A stretch of DNA of 64,000 nucleotides from Gemmatimonadota bacterium (GCA_036679605.1 JAZDCZ010000254.1:64001-128000), one strand, 5' to 3'. Numbered from the stretch's first letter, positions 29,399-39,242 are shown. The notes: generated by a model from the sequence alone, not told the origin. Translations and numbers: made by a program.

Positions 29399-29756
29399 TG
29401 GCTACTCCAAGACACACATACATTCTGCCAGTATGGCAGACGTAGTTGGCAAGTTATTGTGTTACGGATATCTGAAGGCTATCTACAACTCTGCGAGATA
29501 GGTAGTGGTAGCTATATTGTAGCGAAGAAAAAGCGGAACGAAGAGAATTATTGATGCCCGAAACAGTACTGATCGTGCCCTCCACGAAGCATTTGTCGTC
29601 CCGGTTGTGGGGCCTGACATCCGCAAAGTAAGCGCGCACGCTGACGAGCTTGTTGGCTCAATAACTGACCTCTCCGCCCCGCATCCTTCGCGAATTATAG
29701 AGTCGTTACCATACGGCGTCAACAGACACCAAGTCGACAAAAGGGAATGGTAGGAA

Positions 29757-29903
29757 TTGCTGACGATTGGAGCAGGTGTGAGCCTCGCGCTCTGGGTCTT
29801 TCTCGCTTTTGTAGCTCAATTCCCAACCGGTTGGGTAAACCTGCCGCTTGCGATCGGAGTGGTTCTAATAGCTATGCGAATAGTCAAGGACAAGCGGACC
29901 TAG
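29757..29903 (+). CDS. Small two-helix membrane protein (48 aa), below the track cutoff
   Basis: TTG start; LTIGAGVSLALWVFLAFVAQFPTGWVNLPLAIGVVLIAMRIVKDKRT*, a helix-PxGW-helix with a basic tail. Confidence 0.6.
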   Translation: MLTIGAGVSLALWVFLAFVAQFPTGWVNLPLAIGVVLIAMRIVKDKRT

Positions 29904-30011
29904 ATGTCCGGTCTTGGCGGACGAGCTGCAGCACTCGTAGGGACACCTGACGGCATCAAAAGCGACCAGTGGCGTACTAACCTGAACTGAGATACGCTCA
30001 CGCTCCACTAG

Positions 30012-30989
30012 TCATATCTCCCAGTTAGAAAACAGGACCTCGTTTGCAGGTAACATGGCCTCAGGAAGTTCAGCGAGGGTCATTCGAAGATCCGTCCATC
30101 TCACATGATATCCCAACTCAACCAGCTTCGTGAAGGAACCGGCATAATTGGTTTGACAGCGAATCGCCACTCTTGGAATTTCCCTCCGCGTCGCACAGCG
30201 CTCTGCCGCAACCACCAGTTTTTCGAACGTGTCTGGAGAATCTGCAAAGAGCTTGAGTATTCTCAGCTCATCCACTGATCGTTCCTCCACCAATGCGGCC
30301 GAATGCCATAACGCGAAGCCCGACACGTCTCCATTCCGCTCGACGATCGCAGCGTCACCGATTCCGAGTTCCAGAGTAAGCTCAAACTCTCGCTGGAAGT
30401 CATATCCTTCAACGGATTTGCCCAACCTCACACCGCACTGCATAAGCATGTCGGATTGATCGGCTGCTGACAGCTCGCTTAGCTGCACGAAACGGCCTCT
30501 AATATTTCGCTTGGCGGCATCGCAAGTCATAGTCATGGTGAGGTATTGCGGAATAAACCCCAGCCTACTGTAGAACCCTATGTTATCTACAGTGCGTGGC
30601 ATCGTCTCGAGCCCCAATGTTCGCACACCCTCATCCCGGAGCCAATCGATCGCAGTCTGAACGATAGCGCGACCTACACCAAGCCCCTGCCTATCCGGCC
30701 TGACACCCAGCGGACCCATCCATCCTTCCACCCCTGAGTGATGAGCAATATTGAAGGCGACCAAATCGTCGTTTTCGTCGAACCAGAGCATGGCCCCATC
30801 ACCGGCATCCCGAATCGCGTAGTCCCAGATATCCGGGTTGAGCCTAGGCACTCGCACCCCCACCAAGCCGTCACGTCGGTAGCGATCGGTGAACGAATCT
30901 GAGAATAGACGGTTCAACGACGGCACATCCGCCTGGGTGGGGGCTCGGGGGCCCCGCAGCCCCTTCTCCGGACGCCATAGCTTTACCAC
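30012..30989 (-). CDS. GNAT family acetyltransferase (probably tandem domain)
   Basis: GPLGVRPDRQGLGVGRAIV acetyl-CoA motif, NIGFYSRLGF; overlaps the rad50 stop. Confidence 0.88.
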   Translation of the reverse strand: MVKLWRPEKGLRGPRAPTQADVPSLNRLFSDSFTDRYRRDGLVGVRVPRLNPDIWDYAIRDAGDGAMLWFDENDDLVAFNIAHHSGVEGWMGPLGVRPDRQGLGVGRAIVQTAIDWLRDEGVRTLGLETMPRTVDNIGFYSRLGFIPQYLTMTMTCDAAKRNIRGRFVQLSELSAADQSDMLMQCGVRLGKSVEGYDFQREFELTLELGIGDAAIVERNGDVSGFALWHSAALVEERSVDELRILKLFADSPDTFEKLVVAAERCATRREIPRVAIRCQTNYAGSFTKLVELGYHVRWTDLRMTLAELPEAMLPANEVLFSNWEI

Positions 30990-33397
30990 GGCGAGGCACC
31001 TCCGTTGTCGGCGACTGTCGCAAAACCTTTATCTTGGTCGAACTCTACCCGCAGAACTCGATCTACCCCTTCCTTGACCGACTCGATGTGCGTTATCAAA
31101 ATCACTTGTGGGAATCTTCCGGTGAGTCTACGCAACAACTCAACTACGTGATGCCTACGGTTTTCGTCAAGGCTACCGAACACCTCATCGAGCACCAGCA
31201 GAGACAGCGGTTGACCTGCACGTTCTGCCACCATCTGGCTGATGGCGAGGCGCAAGACGAGATTGACCAGATCTTCCTCACCTCCGGAGATCACCGACTT
31301 CGGCAACCCGTTCTCGACAACCAGGACTCGATACTGATCATCTAGGTCCAGTTCATCGTAACGGCCGTCAGTGAGATCGGACAAGAACACTGAGGCACGT
31401 TCGGCTATCTCGGGCCGCATCGTAGCATTCAACTCGAGACGCAGATCCTGGAGCGCATCGTCGAGATCGTCATGCAAGTGTAGATCCGACTTGATGTGAT
31501 CGACTCGCGCCGATCGCTCGTCTCGAGCGCGAACTCGCCGTTCCGCCATTTCTACCGCAGTCCTCCCGGCCTTTTGATCGCCTTCGACCGTGGCCAATTG
31601 CAGTTCTGCTTCGCGGGACGCTGCCTCCGCTCTCTCGTAGCTTTTCTTAGCCCGGGAAAACAGTTCATCGCTATATCCAAAATTCTCCAGCAGTTTCTTA
31701 GCCCGATTCAACCGATTCTCCACCTCGGAAACCGCATTCTCCGCCGATTCCGCCCTCTGGACTAGGCTTTCCGCTACTTCAGCCTTTACTTTCAGTTCCG
31801 CACCTCTTTGCTTGATCGGCTCGAGCAACCGCAGTTCCTTTCTCACTATTTCATGACGCTCAATATCGTACAGATCGGGCAGATCTGCGATCTCTCGTTC
31901 TAGGTCTTCCTGCCGGCGTTGCGATGCACTCGCGTCAGATTCCGCTTGGTCCTTTTCTCGCACACGGTTCTCGTACATTGCCACCCGCTCTACCGCACTC
32001 TCGTAGGCGCGATTCGCGTTTGCAAGTGCCTCACGTTTGTCCTTTACCTCCGGTGGCTCCTGGGCTAGTTGCTCGACCCGTCGGGTAAAGTACGTGCCGT
32101 CGATTTCGATTTCCTCGAGCTGATGATCAAGCTTCTTGAGTACACCCTCGTACTCGGAACCAAGCGGTCGCGTGCATGTCGGACACTCTCCAGCAGATCC
32201 CGCTTCTACGATTCTCTCCTGCTGGCTCTGGAGATCTCGGTATCGGTCACGTAGGGTCTGCCGTTTCGTTTCGGCATCTTGTTTGTCTCGAATCCATACC
32301 GTACTTGCCTTCTCTGCCTCTCCTTCGGATTCGCGAAGAGTTTCCCGCAATTCCTCTAGTTCTTTACGTGCTATTTCGAGCTGCTCTGGCGCATCATGAA
32401 TTTCCGTTAGGCGCGCCGTTAGTGCCCGCCGGTGCTTCTCAACCTCTCCGAGCTGACCGGAAAGAGCGCGTTTTCGCCCCGATGCCTGCGCTTCCTTCTC
32501 TAGTCGTTCTAGCTCTTCGCTCAATGGTTGGATCCGCGCCAACTCGGGGGCTATGTCCTCAAGCTGCGATCGGGCAGCGAGGGCCTCTGCCAATTCCTTG
32601 TCCAATCGCTCAAACTCACGCTGTGCCTCACCAACATCGCGTTCAGCGATCCGCAGTGCGCTCTCGAGTGCCAACACAGATTCGCGCACAGCAACCATTC
32701 GTGTCCATTCAGGACCATCGACATCCAACACGGCTTTGGCGCTATCGAGCGCCTCGGTGGCCCTTTGTACTTCGCCGTCCGCATCCTCGAGTCGCCGCTT
32801 TGCTCCCTCGAGTTCTGCGATAAGTTCCTCTTTATCTCCGAGGCCCTGCTCAAGACCCATAAGTTCGGAGCGCAACTCGGTTCGCGTCTTCCGTAGCCTG
32901 TCCTGGGCCAACTTGAGTTTGTCGTAGCCGAGGATTCGTGAGAGAAAACGCGAGCGGTCTGCGGGACCCAAGTTGGCCATGACCGCCAACTCTTTCTGCC
33001 CTGTGAAATAGGTGTTGAAGAACTCATCGTGCGTCATCCCAAGGACCCGGACGACTCGCTTGCTCACCTCCTGTTGACTGTTGGCAATCGCCTCCTGTTG
33101 TCCGTCTTGGAACAGTTCCGCCTTGTAGATACCTCGTACCACGCGAAACTCATGAGCCCCCAATCCGAAGTCGACCTCCACACGCACTTTCGAACGTGCC
33201 GGCGCACTGAATCTTCGGATTGAGTCCCGACTGCCTCTTGCGGCTTGGTTCCCGTAGAATGCCCACGCCACAGCCTCCAAGAGTGTTGATTTACCGGTCC
33301 CGTTTGAACCAACGACGGCAGTTATCCCGGGGCCAAACTCAATCTCGGTGTCAGCATGCTGTCGAAAGTTGACGAGTTTGATCCTATGGAGTCGCAT
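30983..33397 (-). CDS. sbcC: Rad50/SbcC SMC-family ATPase
   Basis: GSNGTGKST, coiled coil with CPTC zinc hook, SGGE, LVLDEVFGSLD, ILITH. Confidence 0.95.
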   Translation of the reverse strand: MRLHRIKLVNFRQHADTEIEFGPGITAVVGSNGTGKSTLLEAVAWAFYGNQAARGSRDSIRRFSAPARSKVRVEVDFGLGAHEFRVVRGIYKAELFQDGQQEAIANSQQEVSKRVVRVLGMTHDEFFNTYFTGQKELAVMANLGPADRSRFLSRILGYDKLKLAQDRLRKTRTELRSELMGLEQGLGDKEELIAELEGAKRRLEDADGEVQRATEALDSAKAVLDVDGPEWTRMVAVRESVLALESALRIAERDVGEAQREFERLDKELAEALAARSQLEDIAPELARIQPLSEELERLEKEAQASGRKRALSGQLGEVEKHRRALTARLTEIHDAPEQLEIARKELEELRETLRESEGEAEKASTVWIRDKQDAETKRQTLRDRYRDLQSQQERIVEAGSAGECPTCTRPLGSEYEGVLKKLDHQLEEIEIDGTYFTRRVEQLAQEPPEVKDKREALANANRAYESAVERVAMYENRVREKDQAESDASASQRRQEDLEREIADLPDLYDIERHEIVRKELRLLEPIKQRGAELKVKAEVAESLVQRAESAENAVSEVENRLNRAKKLLENFGYSDELFSRAKKSYERAEAASREAELQLATVEGDQKAGRTAVEMAERRVRARDERSARVDHIKSDLHLHDDLDDALQDLRLELNATMRPEIAERASVFLSDLTDGRYDELDLDDQYRVLVVENGLPKSVISGGEEDLVNLVLRLAISQMVAERAGQPLSLLVLDEVFGSLDENRRHHVVELLRRLTGRFPQVILITHIESVKEGVDRVLRVEFDQDKGFATVADNGGASPW

Positions 33398-34588
33398 CTA
33401 TTCCTCCAGCAGATCTTGCTCGACAGACTTCATATACTTGGCACCCAGTGCCACGAGCTTTTTCAGATGTGCCTTCGGCATGTCCGGCCGCTGACTCAAG
33501 TAGTCGGCCACGACTTCGTCGAGCGTTTTCCTACTCCCCGGGGTCCCGATACCAACAGGGCGCGTAGTCTCTGGACGCCGTATGTCCAAGTTGTAATGCA
33601 GAGCTGTGGATTTGAAATCACGGATCTTCGGGTGATCCAGATTGCGGGCGATTGACCGCGGGACATCCCATACGACCTGTCGAACGATCTGAGCTTCGAT
33701 CCCTTGAGAGATGTTTGCAACTCTGGCGCTAATCAGTTTGTCGATCTTTGGGGCGTCTAGCCCGGCACCTTGGATCGGCTCCAGATCTAGCAGTTGGCGC
33801 TCGGGAGAGGCAGGTCGGAATTCCACTCCCAACTTCTCACCCAGAGTGACCAGCAGCCAACCCTTCTGACCGGGCCTTCCCTCCCGCGCTTCATCTTTGA
33901 GCTCACCCCACGGATTGCTGGTCAAGTGTTCCAACGCACCGGAATACCATGCGTTTCTTTGCACTTGATGCGCCACGTGGTAGTGGCCCAGTGCCACGTA
34001 GTCCCAGTTTTCGCAGTGAAGCTCACCGGGCTCGATGACGATACCACCATACTCTGCTGCCGAGCGCTCAGGCGAGAGCACCCCCGCTATCTCCGCATGA
34101 GTGACCAGCACCTGCAACTTGGCAGTCTTCCGCTCGGGCTTGGGAATCGGGCCCCCGCCGGTCAAGTGCGCGGCGAACGGCACACAGGTAAGCGCTAGGT
34201 CAAGTTCGTCAAACTCGAGTTCTCTGACGGAATCGGAGACCACGTGGACGCCGCCCACTGCCTCGAACAGCTTCAAGATGGACCCGGTGTCCGTTGATCT
34301 TGGCGTATCGTGGTTACCAGCCACAATGACGACCTGCGACTTGGGAAGTCTGGTTCTGAGCCTAGCTAATTGGTTGAACCCGTGCAGAATTGCCTGGTTT
34401 GTGGGACGTACAGAGTGGAAAAAGTCGCCGGCGAATACCACGATATCCGGCTCGGCAGACGCCACGTCATCGATCACTCGCCTAAAAATGTTTGCAACGT
34501 CGGCCTCGCGCTGATTGATACCAGCGGGTGTCTGACGATAGTACTGCCGGAACCCCAGGTGTACGTCGGCAAGGTGAGCGAGCTTCAA
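33398..34588 (-). CDS. sbcD: Mre11/SbcD nuclease
   Basis: HLADVHLG, AGDFFH, AGNHD, THA, YVALGHYH. Confidence 0.95.
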   Translation of the reverse strand: MKLAHLADVHLGFRQYYRQTPAGINQREADVANIFRRVIDDVASAEPDIVVFAGDFFHSVRPTNQAILHGFNQLARLRTRLPKSQVVIVAGNHDTPRSTDTGSILKLFEAVGGVHVVSDSVRELEFDELDLALTCVPFAAHLTGGGPIPKPERKTAKLQVLVTHAEIAGVLSPERSAAEYGGIVIEPGELHCENWDYVALGHYHVAHQVQRNAWYSGALEHLTSNPWGELKDEAREGRPGQKGWLLVTLGEKLGVEFRPASPERQLLDLEPIQGAGLDAPKIDKLISARVANISQGIEAQIVRQVVWDVPRSIARNLDHPKIRDFKSTALHYNLDIRRPETTRPVGIGTPGSRKTLDEVVADYLSQRPDMPKAHLKKLVALGAKYMKSVEQDLLEE

Positions 34589-34593
34589 GGTCT

Positions 34594-35424
34594 TTATGGT
34601 CGAACTTGGTAGCGCGTGGTTTTTTCCAGAGTAAGCGAATCTCCAATTCCATCCTCTGGAGCCCCACGTGTTTGTCGGCTCACTTCAAGCCGTGTCTGGG
34701 TCGCACCGCTGACGAACAATCCCCAACCAGTTGACCACACCAACTGCCCCTTGATATGGCCCGATGCGCGGAGATTGGTTGTGCTCCCAGCGCCAACCAA
34801 CGTGGTCGGACCGAACACGCCCGTCACACTGATAAATCCCAGCGTATCGCTAGTGCGGGCAACAATGCTATCAAGAGTGAGATGCGCTCTACCAAGAATG
34901 CCCTGCAGTGCACTCCCCTTATCCATTCCGGCCCAGGCTACTGAGATTTCAGTCTGACTGGTCCAGCCCTCTGATGGCCTGAGTTCTCGCTCCGGCAGAA
35001 CCAAGTAGCGGACGCCGGTCAATACGGGCAGAAGCTCTGTTACTCCTACCAAACTCCCTCCAACATTCATCTGAGTTACCTGCATGCGTTCATCCATGCG
35101 CACCTGAACCCACGCTGTATCAGCGTTCTCTATCGCGAACTCACGCCAAGGACCACGGTTTCTGACTCTTACCAGCACGGAATCGTAAGTGAGATGCAGG
35201 ACCTCTCTGCCAGCTCCGTCCGTCGTCTCGGTTAACCTCATGACTCCCAAGTCTGCCGTCTCAGTGTTTCTCCCCGAACTCGATGACACACGCGTCACTG
35301 TTTGGAATACTGTGTGGACAGTGACTGTGAGATCGGATTTTCGGCGAAGTAGCAGCGACTCCTGGCCACGCAGAGAACCTGGCAACCCCAACAGGCACAA
35401 GCCGACGATGACGTATCTGGACAA
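34594..35424 (-). CDS. Secreted beta-rich hypothetical protein, paralog of 35428..36327
   Basis: Signal peptide; shared YDSV..R, LPE, LDSIVAR..D.L, LVWSTGW..FVSGA, TTRYQVR motifs. Confidence 0.75.
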   Translation of the reverse strand: MSRYVIVGLCLLGLPGSLRGQESLLLRRKSDLTVTVHTVFQTVTRVSSSSGRNTETADLGVMRLTETTDGAGREVLHLTYDSVLVRVRNRGPWREFAIENADTAWVQVRMDERMQVTQMNVGGSLVGVTELLPVLTGVRYLVLPERELRPSEGWTSQTEISVAWAGMDKGSALQGILGRAHLTLDSIVARTSDTLGFISVTGVFGPTTLVGAGSTTNLRASGHIKGQLVWSTGWGLFVSGATQTRLEVSRQTRGAPEDGIGDSLTLEKTTRYQVRP

Positions 35425-35427
35425 CGG

Positions 35428-36327
35428 CTAAGTTCTCACCTGAAATCGAGTGGTGATATCGAACCGTAGTCGTGACATTACAGCCGTCGGGTCGGATTCG
35501 GCACGAAACACGAGATTCATCGTTACACGTGCGGCGCCCGAAACATACGCACTCCAGCCCGACGACCAAATGAGAGTGGCAGCCAGGCCCCCGCTCACGT
35601 CTACATAACCCGAATCGCTCCCCGCGGTCGATTCCAATCTCATGGCCTCAAACCGACTTCGAACTGTCATGTAACTCAGTTTGTCTGTACCGCGACGCAC
35701 GACGCTGTCGAGCGACACCGTTGCGTCGGACAGCAACTCCCCGCTAGTGGGAACTCCCTGATTCCCACCAATACTCGCCATCACTGTAACTGGATATCTC
35801 AGCTGTGTGGTCCAAGAGCTTCCAGCCGATACCAACGAATCTGGAAGTGACAGCTGGAAACCGCCGGCTAATCCTCGAAGGGCTTCGGCATTAGAAACGT
35901 CGACGTTGGGCTCATCAATGTATTCGGCGGACGCTAGCACCTGCATTCTCGACCCTAGCACCACTCGCGCCATCAACGCATCGCGGGGGCCGGGCTCGAC
36001 AATCCTCCACACGCCTCCTAGCGGCTTCATTCGCGCCCTCACCGAGTCATACATCAAGCGGATTGAGTAGCGTCCTGGGACCGCAGCCACGATTTCCGCC
36101 GTGAGACTCTCCAACCTCGTCGCTTCGACGGTCACGGTGTCCGATCCGTCTCCCGCCATCAGCATCATTTCTATTTCAGAATGCGAGACCGTATGGATAA
36201 GAGCATTCTGTTGAGGGTCGAAACGGAGCGCCTCACCTATTTGACTCTCGGCGACACCTGGGTACCACAATCCTGGCAAACAAGTGGCCAACAGAACAGA
36301 ACGGAACTCAAGGAGCATATGGATCAT
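35428..36327 (-). CDS. Secreted beta-rich hypothetical protein, paralog of 34594..35424
   Basis: Signal-peptide-like N-terminus; YDSVRAR, LPD, LDSVVRR..DKL, LIWSSGW..YVSGA, TTRFQVR. Confidence 0.75.
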   Translation of the reverse strand: MIHMLLEFRSVLLATCLPGLWYPGVAESQIGEALRFDPQQNALIHTVSHSEIEMMLMAGDGSDTVTVEATRLESLTAEIVAAVPGRYSIRLMYDSVRARMKPLGGVWRIVEPGPRDALMARVVLGSRMQVLASAEYIDEPNVDVSNAEALRGLAGGFQLSLPDSLVSAGSSWTTQLRYPVTVMASIGGNQGVPTSGELLSDATVSLDSVVRRGTDKLSYMTVRSRFEAMRLESTAGSDSGYVDVSGGLAATLIWSSGWSAYVSGAARVTMNLVFRAESDPTAVMSRLRFDITTRFQVRT

Positions 36328-38251
36328 CTACCGATTTCAGTTGCGCTGTGCGTCCCTCGATCCGTGTCACGTTCTCCGTCGTTACTGCAGTGCCAAGGGC
36401 GGCCCTGAAGAACCCCAGAACGTCAGTCGGCTGTGCCCGCCTGGTAGCCAGGAGAGCACGTCTGACCTCATCCTCCTTGCGGCCACCAATGATTTCTTTG
36501 ATCCTCCCCGGTGCAAGGCGCCGGTCGAGCCCTACCAGGTGCAGCACCACCGCGTCCTCGAATTCCACGTCCTTTGCCGGAGGATACCGTTGGACTCCAA
36601 GGGGACCCTGGAGCACCGGCGGTCGTGGGAACCGCACGAAAATCGGTTGCGTGAAGTGTGGGTGGCGGATCATGAGCTGGCCTTTGGGAAGAGTCGCCAA
36701 TTTTATCTTTGTGGCAGGTGAAAACACCTGGTACCCCGCAGTGGCCAACTCGTCCATATCCATCCGGCCGTAAATAGTGGTACCGGCGTTCCCGACTACG
36801 CGGCGGTGCACCTGAGAGCGAAACTGCTGCGCCGAAAAAAGTACGAGACCCAGATACCTACCGCGTTCCGATATATCCAGCAACATCTTCCGCACATACG
36901 TCTCGGGACCCTCTCCCGGTGCGTACTTGTTCAGCTCGTCTACGAAAACGATCACGTGATCAACGCCCAAATCACGGCGCTCCAGATGATCGCGCAGTTC
37001 GGACACCACTCGAGTGAACGCCAGATCCTGGGCCAGCTGATCCATGCCTGCAACGTCGAGCACGTACACGGAACGATCTTCGAACTGACCAAAGGGAAGA
37101 TCACTAACAGTGCCATCATCAGTGACGAGCCCCTTGCATCGAATCGATATGTTCAGCAATCGATTGCGCACCTTACGTATCGTTGCTATGTGATGCGTTC
37201 GCCACATGTCACTGCGCCCCTGTGCCTCTAGACCATCGAAAATCGCACGAAACAGACGCTCGAGGTCGGCGAACGTTCGCACTCTGTGCGAGTTACCCCA
37301 CTCGTCCACAAACTGTTTCTCTACCACTCGCTCGGCCAGAAAATCGATCAAGGCATCAGACTTGGCATCAATGTCGTCGCGGCTCATGAGCACTTCGTGA
37401 TAGTCCAAAACCTCGCGCAGGCCCCACACCAGCGGCTGAACGGATCCGACGAGATCCGGATGGGATCGGAGGGTGTTGAGATTTATCCCATCGCCCTTGA
37501 ACGGCGCATAGTAGCGAACCTTGTCAAAGGGTCGAGGATCCAAACCTAGTTCGGCATACATCGCTAGATCTGCATCGGTGAGATCACCGGGCAGGTCGAG
37601 AAAGCACAAGTCCGGACCCTTAACGTTGATGCAGACAGCAGCTATGCTCCCTTTGTGCGACGGGAATTTCTGAAAAATGCTCGATAGGAAAAATTGGACG
37701 GCACTTGTTTTCGTGGCCAGGCCCGAAATACCTGAGAGGTTCAGATGTGCCGAGTCGGGGCCCAATAAGAAATTTGCATCCAAGTGAATAGGCGCACTCG
37801 TTCCTCCGGCTGTATACAAACCGATCGGCACGCCCGTTGGCTGTTCTACACCAACGTACGAATCCATCCGTAACGCCACTTCGACATCTTCCCTTGCTGC
37901 GAGTCGCACTCCGGCCAAAGGAACTGGTTGTACAGGTTCCTCCGGCTCATGGCGCAATACGGCGGCCGTCCACAGCCGGACCTCCGCTCGCTCAGTCGGC
38001 GGCCGAGTGCTCGACGGATCGCCGTCCGCCGCCAGTACATCATGCAACGGAGTCGCCAGGTCCGAGTACGCCCGGCCATCTATCACCACTGCAAATACAA
38101 CTCGATTGCCGTCGCCATCGATCCTCACAATGGCACCTATACCGATCTTCGTGTCGGTCGCAGTCCAAAAATTGAATTGGTGAGGTCCGGCAGGAAGCGC
38201 CTCGGTGGCGACCACCCGTCCGATATAACCGTCGGTGCCTAGACGGATCAT
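36308..38251 (-). CDS. herA: HerA-family DNA translocase/helicase
   Basis: HAS-barrel-like N-terminus, AHLNLSGISGLATKTS (variant Walker A), VFVDELNKYAP, ERGRYLGLVLFSAQQ. Confidence 0.88.
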   Translation of the reverse strand: MIRLGTDGYIGRVVATEALPAGPHQFNFWTATDTKIGIGAIVRIDGDGNRVVFAVVIDGRAYSDLATPLHDVLAADGDPSSTRPPTERAEVRLWTAAVLRHEPEEPVQPVPLAGVRLAAREDVEVALRMDSYVGVEQPTGVPIGLYTAGGTSAPIHLDANFLLGPDSAHLNLSGISGLATKTSAVQFFLSSIFQKFPSHKGSIAAVCINVKGPDLCFLDLPGDLTDADLAMYAELGLDPRPFDKVRYYAPFKGDGINLNTLRSHPDLVGSVQPLVWGLREVLDYHEVLMSRDDIDAKSDALIDFLAERVVEKQFVDEWGNSHRVRTFADLERLFRAIFDGLEAQGRSDMWRTHHIATIRKVRNRLLNISIRCKGLVTDDGTVSDLPFGQFEDRSVYVLDVAGMDQLAQDLAFTRVVSELRDHLERRDLGVDHVIVFVDELNKYAPGEGPETYVRKMLLDISERGRYLGLVLFSAQQFRSQVHRRVVGNAGTTIYGRMDMDELATAGYQVFSPATKIKLATLPKGQLMIRHPHFTQPIFVRFPRPPVLQGPLGVQRYPPAKDVEFEDAVVLHLVGLDRRLAPGRIKEIIGGRKEDEVRRALLATRRAQPTDVLGFFRAALGTAVTTENVTRIEGRTAQLKSVDDPYAP

Positions 38252-39198
38252 GGCCATCCCCCAATGCGCGAGCGGAGATACTCCTCTACCTGCCTGATCG
38301 GATAGATGAGCCTATCCCATCTTCCGTCAGGAGCCGAAAGCGGCGCGCGCTCAGCCAAGAGCCAACTACTCACTTCGGCTACGTCCTCTAGCGTTCGGTC
38401 GGTCGGCATATGCTCAATTCGCAATAATCCGTAGTGTAGATCGTGCCGTTCCCACGGCCAGAGTCGAAGATACCAACTGTGTACTCTGCTTCGTCCTTCC
38501 ACAATACGGGCAAACACGCTCGTTCGGCAGCCTTCGGCAAGAGTGAGGGCGACCTTGAGTTCGTCTCCCTCAAAGAATTGAGTCTCGTGACTCTTGATCA
38601 ATCCCAATATCCCACGGGTCGATCGGTGCAGGGCGTGGCCGGATAGCGGTCCATCCACAACCAACCACTCATCGGCGTGTCCAGCCAGATACTCTCGCGC
38701 AACCTCAGCTTCGATTGACTCGCGGCGGCGCTGAACCTCGAGGGCGGCGAGACGCAGGTCGAGGAACGGGTGCACCTTGCCATCACCGCCACAATCGCAG
38801 ATGCGCAGTCCCACCTGTTCCAAGCTTTTCCTTTGACCGCCAGAAAGCCGGTCGGCAGGGACAACGATGAAATGTTCCGCCTTATCACACGCCACCTTGA
38901 GCTTGCCGTCAACCCGAGCAAGCACGGCGGCCGCCACATACCCGCGGACCACCTGGGTCAGGCCAAATCGCCCGATAACCGCATAGCGCTGAATCCCATC
39001 GAGGAAACCTGCTGCATGCGATGCCTCTGGTACCTCTCGTACAGTAATCGACTCGAGCAGCTTAGTTTCGACAGACTCTGCCGACCCGAAGGGTCGTTGG
39101 ACCGGTTCAGGTACGTGCGTAAGAACGGCTCCGGGACCAGCGATCCCGCCGGCGCCACGTATTGCGTCCTCGAGAAGATGTTTTGAGTCGACCGGCAG
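38248..39198 (-). CDS. nurA: NurA-family nuclease, probable CTG start
   Basis: The frame stays open upstream of the track start (38952) and contains AGFLDGIQR; also LVVDGPL, GLIKSH, SWYLRL, YPIRQVEEYLR. The CTG at 39198 follows GGAGG. Confidence 0.82.
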   Translation of the reverse strand: MPVDSKHLLEDAIRGAGGIAGPGAVLTHVPEPVQRPFGSAESVETKLLESITVREVPEASHAAGFLDGIQRYAVIGRFGLTQVVRGYVAAAVLARVDGKLKVACDKAEHFIVVPADRLSGGQRKSLEQVGLRICDCGGDGKVHPFLDLRLAALEVQRRRESIEAEVAREYLAGHADEWLVVDGPLSGHALHRSTRGILGLIKSHETQFFEGDELKVALTLAEGCRTSVFARIVEGRSRVHSWYLRLWPWERHDLHYGLLRIEHMPTDRTLEDVAEVSSWLLAERAPLSAPDGRWDRLIYPIRQVEEYLRSRIGGWP

Positions 39199-39242
39199 AC
39201 AGCCTCCGCTTCAGTATCCAAGGTTGCCCTCGCGCGCAGACC

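Noticed and set aside
38958..39221. 87-aa ORF as a separate gene or frameshifted nurA N-terminus
   Set aside because: The nurA frame itself is open across this region and carries the FLDG motif, so no frameshift is needed.
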